Assembly (NCBI RefSeq): GCF_964213995.1
Contig: NW_027590388.1
Location: forward strand, 1-64,000
Direction: 5' to 3'
DNA from: Mustelus asterias
Lineage: Eukaryota
DNA: 64,000 nucleotides
Below are positions 1 to 11,874 of this stretch, in pieces. A model generated the notes under the pieces. The model was not told the origin of the DNA. It searched no databases and saw nothing but the letters and a program-made list of their open reading frames with translations. Each line of letters starts with the position of its first letter. Positions within the stretch are counted from its first letter, which is position 1. The translations under genes were made by a program, and so were the position numbers.

Positions 1-965
1 ATCTGGAGGAGGGGACTGAGTGTCGGGTAACAAAGTTTGCAGACGACACAAAGATAAGTGGAAAAGTGAATCATTTGGAGGGCGTAGAACGTCTGCAGAG
101 AGATTTGGACAGGCTGAGTGAGTGGGCGAGGATCTGGCAGATGGAGTATAATGTTAACAAATGGGAGGTTATTCACTTTGGAAGAAATAATAGCAAATTG
201 GATTATTATCTAAATGGAAAGAAATTACAACATGCTGCTGTGCAGAGGGACCTGGGGGTCCTTGTGCATGAGACCCAAAGACCCAGTCTGCAGGTGCAAC
301 AGGTGATCAAGAAGGCAAATGGGATGTTGGCCTATATCGCGAGGGGGATAGAATATAAAAGCAGAGATGTCTTGCTGCATCTGTACAGGGCATTGGTGAG
401 GCCACAGCTGGAATACTGTGTGCAGTATTGGTCCCCTTATTCGTGGAAGGATATATTGGCCTTGGAGGGAGTGCAGAGAAGGTTCACCAGGATGATACTA
501 GAGATGAGGGGTGTTGATTATGAGGAGAGACTGAGCAGATTGGGTTGATATTCGTTGGAATTTAGAAGGCTGAGGGGGGATCTTATTGAGACCTATAAGA
601 TAATGAAGGGGCTGGATAGGGTAGAGATGGAGAGATTCTTTCCACTTAGAAAGGAAACTAGAACTAGAGGGCACAGCCTCAAAATAAAGGGGGGTCAGTT
701 TAGGACAGAGTTGAGGAGGAACTTCTTCTCTCAGAGGGTGGTGAATCTCTGGAATTCTCTGCCCACTGAAGTGGTGGATACCTCGTTGAATATGTTTAAA
801 TCATGGATAGATGGACTCCTGATCGGTAAGGGAATTAGGGGTTATGGGGATCAGGCGGGTACGTGGAGCTGATCCACTTCAGATCAGCCATGATCTTATT
901 GAATGGCGGGACAGGCTCGAGGGGCTAGATGGCCTACTCCTGCTCCTATTTCTTATGTTCTTATG
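1..965 (+). mobile_element. CR1-clade LINE 3' part (RT C-terminus and tail), with an in-frame stop at 546-548
   Basis: TKFADDTK motif at the window start; ORFs 66-548 and 555-872 (LQRDLDRL, LVRPQLEYCVQ, RTRGHSLK, FFSQRVVNLWNSLP); tail ttcttatgttcttatg. Confidence 0.93.
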
Positions 966-1117
966 TACATGAATTGGAAAGGATGAGAGGGATATGAGCC
1001 AAACATGGGCAATTGGGACAAGCTGGGAGGGCACCATGGTTGGCATGGATCAGTTGGGCCCAAGGGCCTGTTTCCGTGCTGTATTGCTCTTTGACTCTAT
1101 GTGTTGGCTGCGTCACC

Positions 1118-1385
1118 ATCTATTGCCCATAACTCATTGCCCTTGAACTGAGTGGTTTGCATTGCTGGGGGATGTGGTAATTTCCTTCTTTAAAGGACAT
1201 TATTAAATCAGATGGATTTTTACAACAATTGTCATCAATGGACTTCTAATTCTAGATTTTTACTGAATTCAAATTTCAACATTTGCCAACGTGAGATTCG
1301 AACCCAGGGTTCACAGTGCATTGCCCTGGATCCCTGTATTATTAATCCAATAACACTATCGCTGCACCATTACCTCCCCATCCAT
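1118..1385 (-). mobile_element. Degraded DeuSINE-like (SacSINE1-type) SINE
   Basis: Similar to the copies at 25100-25465 and 23675-24110 (tattgccca...cccttgaactg; gattcgaacc B-box). Confidence 0.55.
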
Positions 1386-1927
1386 GGGGAAGGAGTCATA
1401 ATAGCCCGAGATCCATGGAATCAGAGCATGCTCTAAATTTAAATGAATGCTCACTAACACTCACCCCAAAACAATTTCACTGTTTTCACATTTTAAAATC
1501 TGCTGCAGCTGAAAAGATCTCAGAGAGATTGGTGTCCGGGAAAAATGTTGCAATCTTCAAATCTTGTCCCTGTAAATGAGGAAAGTTATAGGTGTAATTC
1601 AAGGTTAGAAATTCAAGACAGACAAACATTTCTTTTGGTCTGAGTTTGCTGTGTGTAAATCTTTCCCTTCTAACCCCCTGTAAAAGGAGTTTCCAAAATC
1701 CATCAGCATCTGTCCAGGACAGAAATTCAAAACATTCACTCCTCCTTTAACCTGGCACAGAATTACTTTAGCTGGGACAAAATTGCAGTGGAGGCAGTTC
1801 AGGGAAGATCCAGTTGGTTGATTCCTGAAATGAGGAGTTTTAGCTTTCAGGTTGAGCAGCTTGGACCTGTACTCTTTGGAGTTTTGAAGACTGAGAAGTA
1901 ATCTTAATGAAACATCTGGGAATTTAA

Positions 1928-2245
1928 GGGCGACACGGTGGCTAGCACTGCTGCCTCACAGTGCCAGGGTCCCAGGTTCAATTCCGGCCTTGGGTCACTG
2001 TCTGTGTGGAGTTTGCACATTCTCCCCATGTCTGCATGGGTTTCCTCCGGGTGCTCTGGTTTCCTCCCACAGTCCAAAGATGTGCGGGTTAGGTGGATTG
2101 GCCATGCTAAATTGACCCTAGTGTCAGGGGGATTAGCAGGGTAAATGCATGGGGTTGTGGGGATGGGGCCTGGGTGGGATTGTGATCGGTACAGACTCGA
2201 TGGGCCGAATGGCCTCCTTCTGCACTGTAGGGATTCTATGATTCA
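1928..2245 (+). mobile_element. HE1-type tRNA-derived V-SINE
   Basis: A/B-box head, V-domain gtctgc(a)tgggtttcctccgggtgctc, tail ctgcactgtagggattctatgatt. Confidence 0.9.
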
Positions 2246-2574
2246 TATGATATAAGGTGCTTGACAAGGTAGATGCTGAGAGGATGTTTCCTCTGGTGTG
2301 GAAATCAAGTAAAAATAAAGGATCTCAAATTTAAGATGAAGAGAGATCTTTTCTCTCAGCGGGTTGTTGATCTTTGGAACTCTGTCTTCACCAGTGAGGA
2401 TTGGAGGCAGGTCATTGAATATATTCAAAGCTGAGGTTTTGATCCACAAGAAAGTCAAGGGTATGGACGGGGTGGGGGAGCAAAGTAGACATGATCTTAT
2501 TGAATGATGCAGCAGGCTCGATGGGCCGAATGACGGGCTCCTGTTCCGAATTCTTATTCCGATGTTCTTGGATA

Positions 2575-3000
2575 GCTGCGCATGCGCCCTGCCACCTATT
2601 GTCCCTCTGAAGATAGAGGTTCTGAACCTGCCCCTGAAACCACGCCCATTATGACCCGTCAGACAGCAGCGCATGCGCCCTCCGTCTCCGCTGAAACAAG
2701 ATGGCGGCCGACAACTGGGGCCTGTTCCCGGGATAAAAGCCTGGGAGCTGTAAACCCGGGACCTGCAGGGTCTTATTCGGGTCTTGCAGCCTACAGCGGA
2801 TGTTTGGAAGCCATAGCTCCCTCCCTACCCCGACTCCCGGCTCCATTTCTCCCGCAACCCCACCGACTCACCCGCAGAAAAACGTGCCAACTCCCGGACT
2901 CGCAAGACTCCGAGCAAAGTGACACTGCGCACGCTCCAGATATAACACTGCGCCTGCGCATTAGGCTCCTGTGGAATGAATAGGACACTTTCAAACCCGC
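2575..3000 (-). promoter_or_regulatory. CpG-rich ZNF promoter/first exon (type 2), pointing left out of the window
   Basis: GCGCATGCGC (NRF1-like) twice and AAGATGGCGGC (YY1-like); minus-strand donor gg|gtgagt near 2871; inverted paralog at 21490-21830; the exon near 1450-1570 matches 22993-23096. Confidence 0.65.
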
Positions 3001-3504
3001 AGGGGCACCTGGGAATTAACGACGTCATTGTCAAAGACGATAATAGAATATTATCTTGTGCAATTAAGATCAATCAATTTTTAAAAATGCATTCCTCGGA
3101 ATTTGTGCGCTGATATTCTCTACTTCTAAAATTGATTTAAACCAGTGCTCTCCTGTGGGAATACCCCGAGTTTTTAAACGTTTTCCCACTAGTTTCCCTC
3201 TCTGCTCCCCTGAAGGTACTTACACTGGTTGGCTCAATCCCACAGAGACTAGTTTCTTTCACTTTCTTTCTCCCGATGCTGAATATTCTGTTTTATAGAA
3301 TGATACATCACAGATGGAAACCATTTGGCTCATCCTGCCCAGTCGGGCTGTCTTTAAGATCTATCCAATTAAACCCACAGCCCTGCTGGCAGAGTGAGAA
3401 CACTATCTATATACTGCAGCTATGCAGCAGGTGAATGGAAAATGTTTTCCAGTTGCATACCTTTCAGGCACACTCACCCCTAGAAAAATAAATTAGCCTG
3501 TGTA

Positions 3505-4390
3505 CGAAGAACAAAGAAAATTACAGCACAGGAACAGACCCTTCGGCCCTCCAAGCCTGCACCGACCATACTGCCCGACTGAACTAAAACCCCCTACCCT
3601 TCTGGGGACCCTATCCCTCTATTCCCATCTCATTCATGTACTTTTCAAGACGCCCCTTAAAAGTCACTACCGTATCTGCTTCCACTACCTCCCCCAGCAA
3701 TGAGTTCCAGGCACCCACCACTCTCTGTGTAAAAAGTCTGCCTCGTACATCTCTTTTAAACTTTACCCCTCGCACCTTAAACCTATTCCCCTGAGTAATT
3801 GACACTTCCACTCTGGGAAAAAGCTTCTGACTATCCACTCTGTCCATGCCTCTCATAATCTTGTAGACTTCTATCAGGTCTCCCCTCAACCTCCGTCGCT
3901 CCAGTGAGAACAAACCAAGTTTTTCCAACCTCTCCTCATAGCTAATGTCCTCCATACCAGGCAACATCCTGGTCAATCTTTTCTGTACCCTCTGCAAAGC
4001 CTCCACATCCTTCTGGAAGTGTGGCGACCAGAATTAAACACTATATTCTAAGTGCGGCCTAACTAAGGTTCTATAAATCTGCAACATGACTTGCCAATTT
4101 TTAAACTCAATACCCTGGCCGATGAAGGCAAGCATGTCGTATGTCTTCTTGATGACCTTCTCCACCTGTATTTCCACTTTCAGTGACCTGTGTACCTGTA
4201 CACCCAGATCCCTTTGCCTATCAATACTCCTATGGGTTCTGCCATTTACTGCATATTTCCTATCTGTATTAGACCTTCCAAAATGCATTACCTCACATTT
4301 GTCCGGATTAAACTCCATCTGCCATCTCTCCGCCCAAGTCTCCAACTGATCTATATCCTGCTGAATCCTCTGATGGTCCTCATCGCTATC
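3505..4390 (-). mobile_element. CR1 LINE 3' fragment
   Basis: ORFs 3611-4006 and 4034-4483 (WQMEFNPDKCEVMHFG, LVRPHLEY, RLRGDLIEVYKIM). Confidence 0.92.
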
Positions 4391-4394
4391 GAAC

Positions 4395-4680
4395 AAACCC
4401 CAGACAGTGAACATTATCCCCCAGACCCAAATATAAAGCGGTGAACATTCTCCCTCCAGAACTGAATATAAAACAGTGAACATTCATCCCCAGACCCGAA
4501 TATAAAACAGTGAACATTATCCCCCAGACCCAAATATAAAGCAACATTATTGCCCCAGACCCAAATATAAAACAATGAACATTATCCCCCCCAAGACCCG
4601 AATATAAAACAGTGAACATTATCCCCCCCAGACCCGAATATAAAACAGTGAACATTAACCCCCCCCCACCCCCCCACCCC
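4395..4680. repeat. ~34-bp minisatellite, ~8 units (aaaacagtgaacattatcccccagacccgaatat)
   Basis: gtgaac recurs at 4407, 4441, 4476, 4510 and onward. Confidence 0.9.
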
Positions 4681-5049
4681 ACTTGAATACAAAATTGTCC
4701 TGATGGATTCAGACAGCATTATCACAATATTCCAAATGTGTTTTTTTCCAGGAATAGATTCAGCGACTGCATCACTCGAGGCCAGAGATACTCTCCTCAA
4801 ACTCGGCTCATGTGAGGAATCCCTCCAATGAGGCTCAGGAATGCTGCAACCAGAGTCACGTGACCACCAAGTGTGTAACTGAACAAACTACCGCAACGTT
4901 GAAGATGTATTTCAGTGTGAAATGATTTGCTTCACCTGTTGCTTCAGATTTGAGAGAAAATGTCCCTTTCTGGGGTAATTTGACCTTGACCCAGGCACTT
5001 TTCAGATCTGAAAGTGATGGCCTTTAGCACAATCACAAGGCTGCACAAT

Positions 5050-5420
5050 ACAGAGTGAACACTAATCTGTTTCATTCTGCAACTATGTTGTGGTTACACG
5101 AGTAATACTTTCCACTAATTAGCTGCCAGCACCAAAAAGGCATTCAGCCTCCCACACAAATGAGCAAGAGTGCGTATGAATATCTTTGCCAGTGCAGTGC
5201 CGGGTACAAGGCTGTACATCCCAGTGAGTGGCTGATAGAATAAAACAGCATGTTCCTCGATTTCTCATAATATGTCGTTATTTTTTTCAGCAGCTCACAC
5301 TCACAAAACCAAAAATACAATGTTAACTGTGATTACAGGTTGGGCAGCACTTGCTGAACAATCCTGAGTGTGCCAATAGCTGCACTCAGAATCAATTGAA
5401 GATAATCAGTTGAGTTCATA
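5050..5420 (+). mobile_element. Degenerate Penelope-like GIY-YIG endonuclease fragment
   Basis: Frameshifted translation AYEYLCQCSAGY / GCTSQ*VADRIKQHVP / GQHLLNNPECA resembles the PLE endonuclease. Confidence 0.55.
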
Positions 5421-5771
5421 ATACGGCTCAGTTATAGTTGCGAGAAGCACCTTACATTTATACCCAGCGATCCTTTCCCTGCAAAGAAAAGGAGAATTTT
5501 CATCCTCAGTGTGAATTCGCTGGTGTAACAGCAGGTGGGGTGAGGTAGTGAATCCTTTCCCACACACAGAACAGATGAATGGCCTCTCTCCAATGTGACT
5601 GTATCTATGGTTTTCCAGCAAGTATGGATAATTGAATTCTTTACCACAATCATCACATTTCCATGGTTTCTCCATTTTCCCAGCCCCAATGTGACCGTGT
5701 CAATGGGTTTCCAACCGGAATGGATAATTGAATCCTTTACCACAATCCTCACATTTTCACGGTTTGTCCAT
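5406..5771 (-). pseudogene. ZNF copy A: truncated C2H2 gene; first finger duplicated, first copy carries stops
   Basis: ATG 5771 reads MDKP*; a second MEKPWKC at 5675 gives 2 fingers, then unrelated sequence from ~5495. Confidence 0.85.
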
Positions 5772-6721
5772 GGTGCTGGTGTCCTTCTGTCTCTCCAGGT
5801 TGGATGATTAGTTGAAGCCTCATCCACATACAGACCATGTGTATGGTTTCTCTCCACTGTGAATGGTGTGGTGTTTTTCAGGCTGTGTAACTGGTTAAAG
5901 CTCTATTCACAGTCAGTTCACTGGAGCACTCTCACTTGGGTGTGTGTGTCTCAGTTCTTTTTCTGTCACATTGAATTTTGAAATTTTCTTCCACTGACAA
6001 AACAGGGAACTATTTCTCCCTCCACTGTCAAAATCAATCATAAGCAATCACTGTCAAAAGCAGGTCATGATGAATCGAATGTCTGTGAATCCTCTTCTAG
6101 TTCCCTGCAAAAAGAGTTTTAAAAAGTACTTCAGAACTGACAATTTCAGTTTCCACAAAACATTTCTCCATCTCATTTATCTTGAGCTGTAATCCCCATC
6201 CCACACACTCTCTCTTGTCCCTGAGCTGAAATCAAACTCATTGCCCCATCTCCACTCTGAGCCCAGCTCCCTCCAGCTGGATTCAGTCCTCCAGACCATG
6301 TGCAGATTGAGAGTACAATCAAGGAGTCAATTATTTTCCTTCCAAGTCAGGGGACGTGCAGCCCCACTGACTCTGTTGTTAACACAATGGGCACACGTGC
6401 TCTGCTCACCAATGAAACACCACCGTGACCATTAACATGGGCCTGTTCCTAGGAAAGGCTCCATTTTATTTGTGCCACAGCATCAGGGGAATTACCTCCT
6501 GCACAGGCACAAAGGTATCATCAGTCACAGAAAATAATTGCAGCTGGTGTCTCAAACCTCATTTTACCATTTGCTCCCAGACATTCTCAATTCAATTTTG
6601 AAATGTGAACTGAAATCTGGCATTATGTGGTAAATTAAAACACATTTTAATGGTCATTTTCAGAATGACTATTCCCGAGAATTAATTCCCAAGTCAGTGA
6701 ATTAAAATTCTCATCAGCAAT

Positions 6722-7050
6722 GCAGGTGGCACAGTGGTTAGCACTGCTGCCTCACAGCTCCAGGGACCTGGGTTCGATTCCCAATATGGGTCACTCTCCG
6801 TGTGGAGTCTGCCCGTTTTCCCCATGTCTGCGTGGGTTTTCTCCAGATGCTCCGGTTTCCTCCCATCATCCAAAGATGTGCCAGTTAGGTGCATTGGCTA
6901 TGCTAAATTGCCCCTTAGCGTCCTGGGATGAGTCGGTCAGAGGGATTAGCAGGTTACATATGTGGGGTTACTGGAATAGGGCCTTTGTGGGATTGTTGTC
7001 GGTGCAGACTTGGCCTAATAACTTCCTTCAGCACTGTAGGGATTCTATGA
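6722..7050 (+). mobile_element. HE1-type V-SINE
   Basis: Head ggtggcacagtggttagcactgctgcctcacag; tail gggattctatga. Confidence 0.9.
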
Positions 7051-7313
7051 AATACTTTGGGAGAATTGCTATTTTAATGGGTATTTTCACAAATTCTATA
7101 AAATGATTTTTCAAAACAAATTAATATTTTCTTCAACAGATGATTAATAAATAAAAGTATTTAATAAAACAACCACCCAGTGTGGGGTTCAGGATTCTAA
7201 CTCAGGGTTTCTGAGCTCCAGGAACCACGAACTGAACCAGCCGGGAATGGTCTCCACAAAACTTCCCCAACTCCCTCCCGGGAAAAAGCTGCAAACCCGG
7301 GAGCTGCAGCTTT

Positions 7314-8100
7314 TTACTGGGGGTGTTGGGGCCTCCAGCGGGTGTTTGTGAATCCTCCCCGCCCACCTCCCAGGGTTTCCTTCCTTCCTTCCCAGAGATC
7401 AGAGTCCTCATTGATTTGAGGCCAAAGTGTAACCTCTTATTTATTGTCCCCCTCCCCCATCCTCTGATGTGAACCATCCTCCAGTGGCTGAGCCAGGATG
7501 GGGCCGTTAACCTGGGCCTGTTCCCGGGAGGGAGGGAGGGAGGGAGAAGCCCCGCAGCTGCAAACCAGGGAGCTGACAATGATTCTGAAGGGTTTGCGGA
7601 TCCACAAAGTGTTTCCAAATCCTCCCAGCCACCGCCTAACGCTGACTCCGCTTCTCCGGGACAAACAAGCGCCAAGGACAGCAATGACAGTGCGCATGCT
7701 CCACATCACAATGCCCGGGGACTGATTGACGGCAGCTCCGGACCAATAGGAAGAGGGGGCGGGGCTGGAGGACCGAGCGGGAGCGGCTGGTCCTCCAACC
7801 AATCGGAGTGAATGAGGGGCGGGACCTGAAGCATGCGCAGTGCGGGTAATGGCGACGGATGGCCGGTTTTATCGTGGAAGCGAGATCAATACGAGGTAGA
7901 GGGCGGCGCGCGGGGAATGATAAATGTGGCGGGTGGGTGGAGAGGCTTTGTAAACATGTTGTTCAAACCCAAACCCCGGAAATGAACTTCCCGGTTCCCC
8001 CGCTTTGTACCAAATGGAGCGGCAGCTTGTAGTGTTAGACCCGGGCTGACTGCCGCCATTGAGGCTGCATGTGGGAGGCCGGCAGGGATTGTGATCGGAG
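7314..8100. promoter_or_regulatory. Bidirectional CpG-island promoter (type 1) between ZNF A (-) and ZNF B (+)
   Basis: NRF1-like GCGCATG/CATGCGC on both flanks, two CCAAT boxes, two GGGGCGGG boxes; near-identical copies at 41806-42535 and, inverted, 50883-51510. Confidence 0.75.
7849..7895 (+). other. Putative first exon of ZNF B with upstream ORF start MATDGRFYRGSEINT(R), phase-2 donor
   Basis: gtaATGGCG start; 47 nt to ag|gtagag; homologous exons at 36072-36029, 42324-42374 and 50983-50928. Confidence 0.55.
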
Positions 8101-8110
8101 AGTGAAGCCC

Positions 8111-8738
8111 TGACGTCACAATGGAATGGGTGAGAGTGTGACGTCACAATGGAATGGGTGGGAGTGTGACGTCACAATGGAATGGGTGAGAGTGTGACAT
8201 CACAATGGAATGGGTGAGGGTGTGATGTCACAATGGAATGGGTGAGGGTGTGACGTCACAATCATAGAATCATAGAAATCATAGAAACCCTACAGTGCAG
8301 AAGGAGGCCATTCGGCCCATCGAGTCTGCACCGACCACAATCCCACCCAGGCCCTACCCCTACATATTTTACCCGCTAATCCCTCTAACCTACGCATCCC
8401 AGGACACTAAGGGGCAATTTAACATGGCCAATCAACCTAACCCACACATCTTTGGACTGTGGGAGGAAACCGGAGCACCCGGAGGAAACCCACGCAGACA
8501 CGAGGAGAATGTGCAAACTCCACACAGACAGTGACCCGAGCCGGGAATCGAACCCGGGACCCTGGAGCTGTGAAGCAGCAGTGCTAACCACTGTGCTACC
8601 GTGCCGCCCCAACCACTGTGCTACCGTGCCGCCCCAATGGAATGGGTGAGAGTGTGACGTCACAATGGAATGGGTGAGGGTGTGATGTCACAATGGAATG
8701 GGTGAGGGTGTGATGTCACAATGGAATGGGTGAGGGTT
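8111..8738. repeat. 28-bp tandem array (tgacgtcacaatggaatgggtgagagtg), ~9 units, interrupted by a SINE
   Basis: Units start at 8111, 8139, 8167, 8195, 8223, 8251, then 8655, 8683, 8711. Confidence 0.95.
8262..8635 (-). mobile_element. Young HE1-type V-SINE inserted in the array; 25-nt tandem duplication of its 5' end
   Basis: Full head and tail; aaccactgtgctaccgtgccgcccc at 8586-8610 and 8611-8635; absent from the paralogous array at 42838. Confidence 0.93.
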
Positions 8739-8788
8739 CCAGATGAGCTGAGACTGGGCTGGAGTCGGGCGATGGCACTGACATGTGG

Positions 8789-9082
8789 CCCGGTGGCACA
8801 GTGGTTAGTGCAGCTGCCTAACAGCGCCAGGGACCCGGGTTCAATTCCAGCCTCAGGTCGCTGTCTGTGCAGAGTTTCTACATTCTCCCCGTGTCTGTGT
8901 GGGTTTCCTCCGGGTGTTCCGGTTTCCTTCCACAGTCCAAAGATGTGCCGGTTAGACGGATTGGCCATGATAAATTGCCACTTGGTATCAGGGGGAATTA
9001 ACAGGTAAATATGTGGATAGGGCCTGGATGGGATTGTTGTCGGTGCAGGCTCGATGGGCTGAATGGCCTCCTCCTACACTGT
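8789..9082 (+). mobile_element. HE1-type V-SINE
   Basis: Head, V-domain and gaatggcctcc tail. Confidence 0.88.
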
Positions 9083-9339
9083 ATTTTATTATTCATTATT
9101 ATTAATTAATTGCAATTCTGATTTCCAGCTGTTTCTGAGTTTTAACTGTATCCTCTATTGTGAACACCGAGGCAAAATACTTGTTCAATTCATCTCCCAG
9201 CTCCTTATTTTTCATTATCAATTCCTGGACTCACTTTCTATTAGACAGTTAAGAAATGAGGTGGAGCAAGTGACTGAAGTGTCAGTATTGGGAGCACCAA
9301 TAGTTTCAAAATAGTTCTTGAAAAAGATAGGACAGGTCC

Positions 9340-9950
9340 ACAGGTCAAGGCCCTAAACTGGAGCAGGGCCACTTTTGTGGGCATTAGGCAGGATCTAGCA
9401 GATGTCGATTAGGTGAATTTGTTTGAAGGGAAAGGAATGACTGGCAAATGGGAGGTTTTAAAAGTGTGATATCAAGAGTCCAGGGGCAGTATATTCCTGT
9501 TAAGATGCAGGGAAAGAATGGTAAATTTAGGGATCTCTGGCAGACAAGGGACATTGAGGCTCTGGTCAGGTAAAAGAAGGAAGCATACATTGGGTTTAGG
9601 AATCGGGGACAAATGAATCACTCTGACTATAAAAAGTATAAGAAAATACTGAAGAGGGAAATCTGGAGGACAAAATGAGGGTATGATATGGATCTGGCAG
9701 GTAAGATTAAAGAAAATTCCAAGATGTTCTATAGCTATATTAAGAGTAAAAGGGTGGCCAGAGAGAGAATAGATCCCCTTAAAAATCAGTATGGCCATCT
9801 GTGTGTGGAGCCACAGGAGATGGGTGAGATTTTTAATGAATACTTCTCCTCTGTGTTTACTGCGGAGAGCACCATGGGTGCTAAAGAAATAAGGGAAACA
9901 AGTGATGATGTCTTGGGCACACGCATGTTACTTGGGAGGAGGTATCTGCA
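9340..9950 (+). mobile_element. CR1 ORF2 internal fragment
   Basis: ORF 9688-10041 (IKENSKMFYSYIKSKR...MGEIFNEYFSSVFT). Confidence 0.85.
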
Positions 9951-9964
9951 GCCTTATAAAAGGA

Positions 9965-10143
9965 AATTACTGCGGATGCTGGAATCGGAAACCAAGAGAG
10001 AAAATGCTGGAAAATCTCAGCAGGTCTGGCAGCATCTGTAAGGAGAGAAAAGAGCTGATGTTTCTTGTCTAGATGACCTTTTGTCAAAGCTCTGAAACAT
10101 CAGTTCTTTTCTCTCCATACAGATGCTGCCAGACCTGCTGAGA
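9965..10143. mobile_element. Penelope-like terminal fragment in inverted (hairpin) arrangement
   Basis: tctcagcaggtctggcagcatctgta..gagaaaagagctgatgtttc followed by its reverse complement; related pieces at 20893-21060, 35590-35655 and 59590-59655. Confidence 0.6.
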
Positions 10144-10629
10144 ATGGGGAGAGAGTGTGTGGGATGGAGATTTACAGCTTTTGGGGAATGAGAGAGGAAA
10201 GAATGTTCCATAGAAATTGTCTGTTCTGAATTTCTATCCTGTACTGACACTGATGACTTTTGGAAACTCATTTTACAGGATATTGAAAAAGGAATCACAG
10301 GCTGAAATCTCAAACGTCACGTCTCGATCTGACAGAGTCATATTCCTTGGGACCTCAATATCATCGGACTTTGAATCCAGAAGGAGAAATGATTGTCCAG
10401 TCTGTCGATTTGAAAAGATTTGAAATGTCAGTGTGAGTGAAAAAGCATCGACACACTGCCACACTTGAGTGAGAGTGTTCCAATGCACTGACTAAAGAGC
10501 TTTAACCAGTTACACAGTCTGAATAAATATCACACCATTCACAGCGGGTAGAGACTGTAATCTTGTTCTGTGTGTGGACGAAGTTTCAACTAATTGTCCA
10601 CCCAAGAGAGAGGCAAGGACACCTGCACC

Positions 10630-11640
10630 ATGGAGAAACCATGGAAATGTGTGGACTGTGGAAAGGGATACAGAGCCCCATCAGAGCTGGAAGCTCATCG
10701 GCGCATCCACACCGGGGAGAGACCATTCACCTGCTCTCAATGTGGGAAGGGATTCATTCAGTTATCCGACCTGCAGTCACACCAGCGAGTTCACACTGGG
10801 GAGAGACCATTCACCTGCTCTCAATGTGGGAAGGGATTCATTCAGTTATCCGACCTGCAGAGACACCAGCGAGTTCATACTGGGGAGAAACCATTTACCT
10901 GCTCTCACTGTGGGAAGGGGTTCACTCAGTTATCCAACCTGCAGAGACACCAGCGAGTTCACACTGGAGAGAGGTCATTCACCTGCTCTCAGTGTGGGAA
11001 GGGATTCACTCGGTTATCCCTTCTGCAGACACACCAGCAAGTTCACACTGGGGAAAGACCATTCACCTGCTCTCAGTGTGGGAAGGGATTCCCTCGGTTA
11101 TCCCTCCTACAGACACACCAGCAAGTTCACACTGGGGAGAGACCATTCACCTGCTCTCAGTGTGGGAAGGGATTCACTCGGGTATCCAACCTGCGGGCAC
11201 ACCAGCGAGTTCACACTGGGGAGAGGCCATTCACCTGCTCCCAGTGTGGGAAGGGATTCACTCAGTTATCCAGCCTGCTGACACACCAGCGAGTTCACAC
11301 TGGGGAGTGGCCATTCACCTGCTCTCAGTGTGGGAAGGGATTCCCTCAGTTATCCAGCCTGCTGACACACCAGCGAGTTCACACTGGGGAGAGGCCGTTC
11401 ACCTGCTCTCAGTGTGAGAAGGGATTCACTCAGTTATCCAACTTGCAGACACACCAGCGAATTCACACTGTAGAGAAACCATTCACCTGCTCTCAGTGTG
11501 GAAAGGGATTCACTCGGTCATCCGACCTGCGGAGACACCAACGCATTCACACTGGGGAGAGGCCATTCACCTGCTCTGTGTGTGGGAAGGGTTTCAGCGT
11601 TTCATCCCGGCTGCTGAGACATCAACAAGTTCACGAGTGA
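10630..11640 (+). CDS. ZNF copy B: KRAB-less C2H2 protein, 12 fingers, 336 aa
   Basis: gcaccATGg start, MEKPWKC, 12 CxxC-x12-HxxxH units with TGERP linkers, no disabling change. Confidence 0.9.
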   Translation: MEKPWKCVDCGKGYRAPSELEAHRRIHTGERPFTCSQCGKGFIQLSDLQSHQRVHTGERPFTCSQCGKGFIQLSDLQRHQRVHTGEKPFTCSHCGKGFTQLSNLQRHQRVHTGERSFTCSQCGKGFTRLSLLQTHQQVHTGERPFTCSQCGKGFPRLSLLQTHQQVHTGERPFTCSQCGKGFTRVSNLRAHQRVHTGERPFTCSQCGKGFTQLSSLLTHQRVHTGEWPFTCSQCGKGFPQLSSLLTHQRVHTGERPFTCSQCEKGFTQLSNLQTHQRIHTVEKPFTCSQCGKGFTRSSDLRRHQRIHTGERPFTCSVCGKGFSVSSRLLRHQQVHE

Positions 11641-11874
11641 TGACAGTGGTTGGATTCTGCTGTTATTGTTTCTGCTGTCAGTTGCATCCAGGACTGCATT
11701 TTGTTCATTCTCACAGTTGGTCAATGGGAAGGGTCAGAGGGTTTCTTTGTGCTGGACTGGCTGGTCTCAGCCTCCAGTGGGCTGATGCTATTTGTGTCTT
11801 TTTGCGAATACCTGATTTCAAATGTCACAAGGATCACAGAGTGACAGTGTGTTAGGACGTTTAGAGATATTTAG

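Noticed and set aside
6730-6790. CACAGTG and tRNA-like boxes in SINE heads as RSS or tRNA genes
   Set aside because: They belong to the HE1 SINE head; there is no nonamer at 12 or 23 nt and no complete cloverleaf.
7202-7802. ORFs repeated at the promoter copies (also 41482-42277 and 51030-51863)
   Set aside because: They lie in GC-rich promoter DNA, often use non-ATG starts, and shift frame between paralogs.
8111-8738. CRISPR-like appearance of the 28-bp palindromic repeat
   Set aside because: The units are contiguous with no unique spacers, there are no cas genes, and the context is vertebrate.
10563-11417. Long alternative-frame ORFs over the ZNF arrays (TPASSHWGE.., HTSEFTLGR..)
   Set aside because: These are by-products of the stop-poor 84-bp repeat and appear over pseudogenes too.
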